Assembly (NCBI RefSeq): GCF_902713615.1
Contig: NC_052153.1
Coordinates: 53,112,763-53,176,762 of the forward strand
DNA: 64,000 nucleotides
DNA from: Scyliorhinus canicula
Lineage: Eukaryota
Reading direction: 5' to 3'
The notes under the pieces are model-generated. The model worked only from the letters and a program-made list of their open reading frames with translations, did no database searches and was not told where the DNA came from. Shown here piece after piece: positions 62,040-64,000 of the stretch. The translations under genes were made by a program, and so were the position numbers. Positions within the stretch are counted from its first letter, which is position 1; each line of letters begins with the position of its first letter.

Positions 62040-63628
62040 TTAAAATATTTTTATTCTCCTTTTCACATTTTCTCCCAAATTTACACCCAACAATAATCAG
62101 TAATGAATGCAATGTCAATCCCCATATCAACAACAACGATCCCATCCTCTCACCAAACCCCCAAACAGCAGCCCGCATGTTAACATAAACAAATAACAAA
62201 AGGGAATCAGGAATCACCTATAGTCACCATTAACACATACAGCCACACCCCCCCCCCCCCCATGTTCGATGTAATCCAATTCTCGAAAGTGCATAATGAA
62301 TAACGCCCATGAATTGTAGAACCCCTCCATCCTTCTCCTCAGTTCAAATTTGACCTTCTCAAGAGTCAAGAATTCCAGCAGGTCTCCATGCCTATTCTTC
62401 CAAAATAGCTCCGTAAACTGTCGATACTACCCCTCTTCTCCAGTCTCCCTGTCGTCAGCACCTCCTCCAGCAATGTGGAAGCCGGCTGTACTGGGAAGCT
62501 CTGTATCTCCTTTCTGGAAAAGTCTCGAACCTGCATGTATCTAAATATTTTCCCCTGTTCCAGCCCATTCTTCGCTAGCTGCCTGCCTTTAACAAACCCC
62601 GCCTGGTCTTTCCCTATCACCTCCGGTACACAGTCCACCATCCTTAAGGCCAAAATTTTGGCCAGCAATTTGGCATCGACATTCAGTGGGGAGATTGGCC
62701 TGCATGACCCACATTACTCTGGGTCCTTCTCACTTCAGGATCAGTGAGATCGAGGCCTGTGACATTGTTGGGGAAAGGACACCTCGCTCCCTTGCCTCAT
62801 TAAATGCCCTCACCAGCAGTGGGCCCAGCATCCCAGAAAGCTTCTAGTAAAATTCCAAAGGATAGCCATCTGGTCCTGGGGCCTTGCCCAACTGCATGGC
62901 CTCAAATCCCTCTACTACTTCTACAATCCCGATCGGGGCTTCCAACCCTTCCACCACCTTTGGAAACTCCAACCCTTCCAAAAACTGCCTCATCCCCTCC
63001 ACCCCAGGTGGGGGTTCCGACTCGTACAGCTGACTATAAAACTCCTTGAACACCCCATTCACTCCCGCTGGGTTCAAGACTGTGACTGTGCTAGCATCCT
63101 ACTGGCCTCCTCCCCATACTCGTATATCACCCCCTTGCCTTCCTCAACTGCCCCACTGCCTTCCCTGTGGATAATAGACCAAACTCCACCTGCAGCTTCT
63201 GCCGCTCGTTCAACATTCCCGCCTCTGGGGCTTCAGAATACCTTCTGTCCACCTGGAGTATTTTCCTAACCAGCCTATCCATCTGTACCTGCTCCACCTT
63301 CTTCCTACAAGCGCATGTTGAAATTAACTCCCCCCTGACCACTGCCTTCAGCGCTTCCCATACCATTGCTGCTGAAACTTCCCCCGTATCATTTATCTCC
63401 AAAGAGTTCTGAATGGCCTCCCTCACCCGCCCGCACACCCCCTCATATGCTAACAGTCCTACATCCAATCTCCATTGCAGGCGCTGACCGCCCTCCTTAC
63501 TCACCCATAAATCCACCCAGTGTGGGGCATGGTCCGACACAACTATCGTTGAATACTCGGTATCCACCACTCCTGCCCGTAAAGCCCTGTTCAAAATGAA
63601 AAAAATCATTTCGGGAGTTTTGTGTACG

Positions 63629-63670
<42 letters not shown>

Positions 63671-64000
63671 AACTCCATCGCTCATGGCCGTCCAAACCTC
63701 CACATGTCCACCCTCCCCCACCTACCTCCCAACTGTTCCATAAACCCCTTTTCGCTGCGGCTGGTACCCTCCATCCTGAACTCGACCGATCCAACCTCGG
63801 ATCAATGACCGTATTGAAGTTTTCCCCACCCCCACTCCATGATCAACTTATGCGAGTCCAGGTCCGGAATCTTCCCCAACACCCACCTCAAACTCCATGC
63901 CGTCCCAATTTGGTGCATAAATATTCACGAGTACCACCGGCACCCCCCTCCAGCTTCCCACTCACCATGATAGACCTACCCCTGAGTGTGCCACTATATT
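62040..64000 (-). mobile_element. Internally deleted L1 (EN, start of RT, 3' end), runs off the window
   Basis: SDHAPHW, KAPGPDG, GFVKGRQL joined directly to C-terminal FRYMQVRDF; minus-strand AATAAA. Confidence 0.9.

Noticed and set aside
1-64000. Intronic snoRNA or miRNA genes, and the many short six-frame ORFs
   Set aside because: No convincing C/D or H/ACA box pair with a terminal stem was seen by eye (an Rfam scan would be needed). The short ORFs are shadows of repeats or of NCBP1 exons.

Overview
Eukaryotic, repeat-dense vertebrate DNA, very probably from a shark (HE1-type V-SINEs, HER1-like CR1 LINEs, GC-rich L1s and Penelope-like fragments; the taxon is inferred from repeat content). 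The backbone is NCBP1 (CBP80, nuclear cap-binding subunit 1) on the minus strand. Coding exons 1-12 run from the ATG at 59844 to 1136 (1232 coding nt, all GT-AG, phases consistent), and the gene continues beyond the left edge. Intron 11 has a U12 (minor spliceosome) signature. A CpG-island bidirectional promoter separates NCBP1 from a plus-strand gene whose first coding exon (60119-60247) looks like TSTD2. The introns are filled with CR1, L1, RTE, Penelope-like, SINE and LTR relics, plus an antisense RPL29 retrocopy. The most unusual items are: (1) the RPL29 retrocopy and a CCAAT/hairpin module enclosed by a 98-bp near-perfect inverted repeat; (2) TSD-flanked L1 elements carrying only ORF1, in a three-level nest with a solo LTR; (3) a V-SINE subfamily that replaced its CR1 tail with a poly(A) tail and has L1-type TSDs; (4) TSD-flanked Penelope fold-backs broken inside hammerhead cores; (5) a candidate poison exon. 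Transposon boundaries without TSDs are approximate, and family names come from recall rather than database searches.
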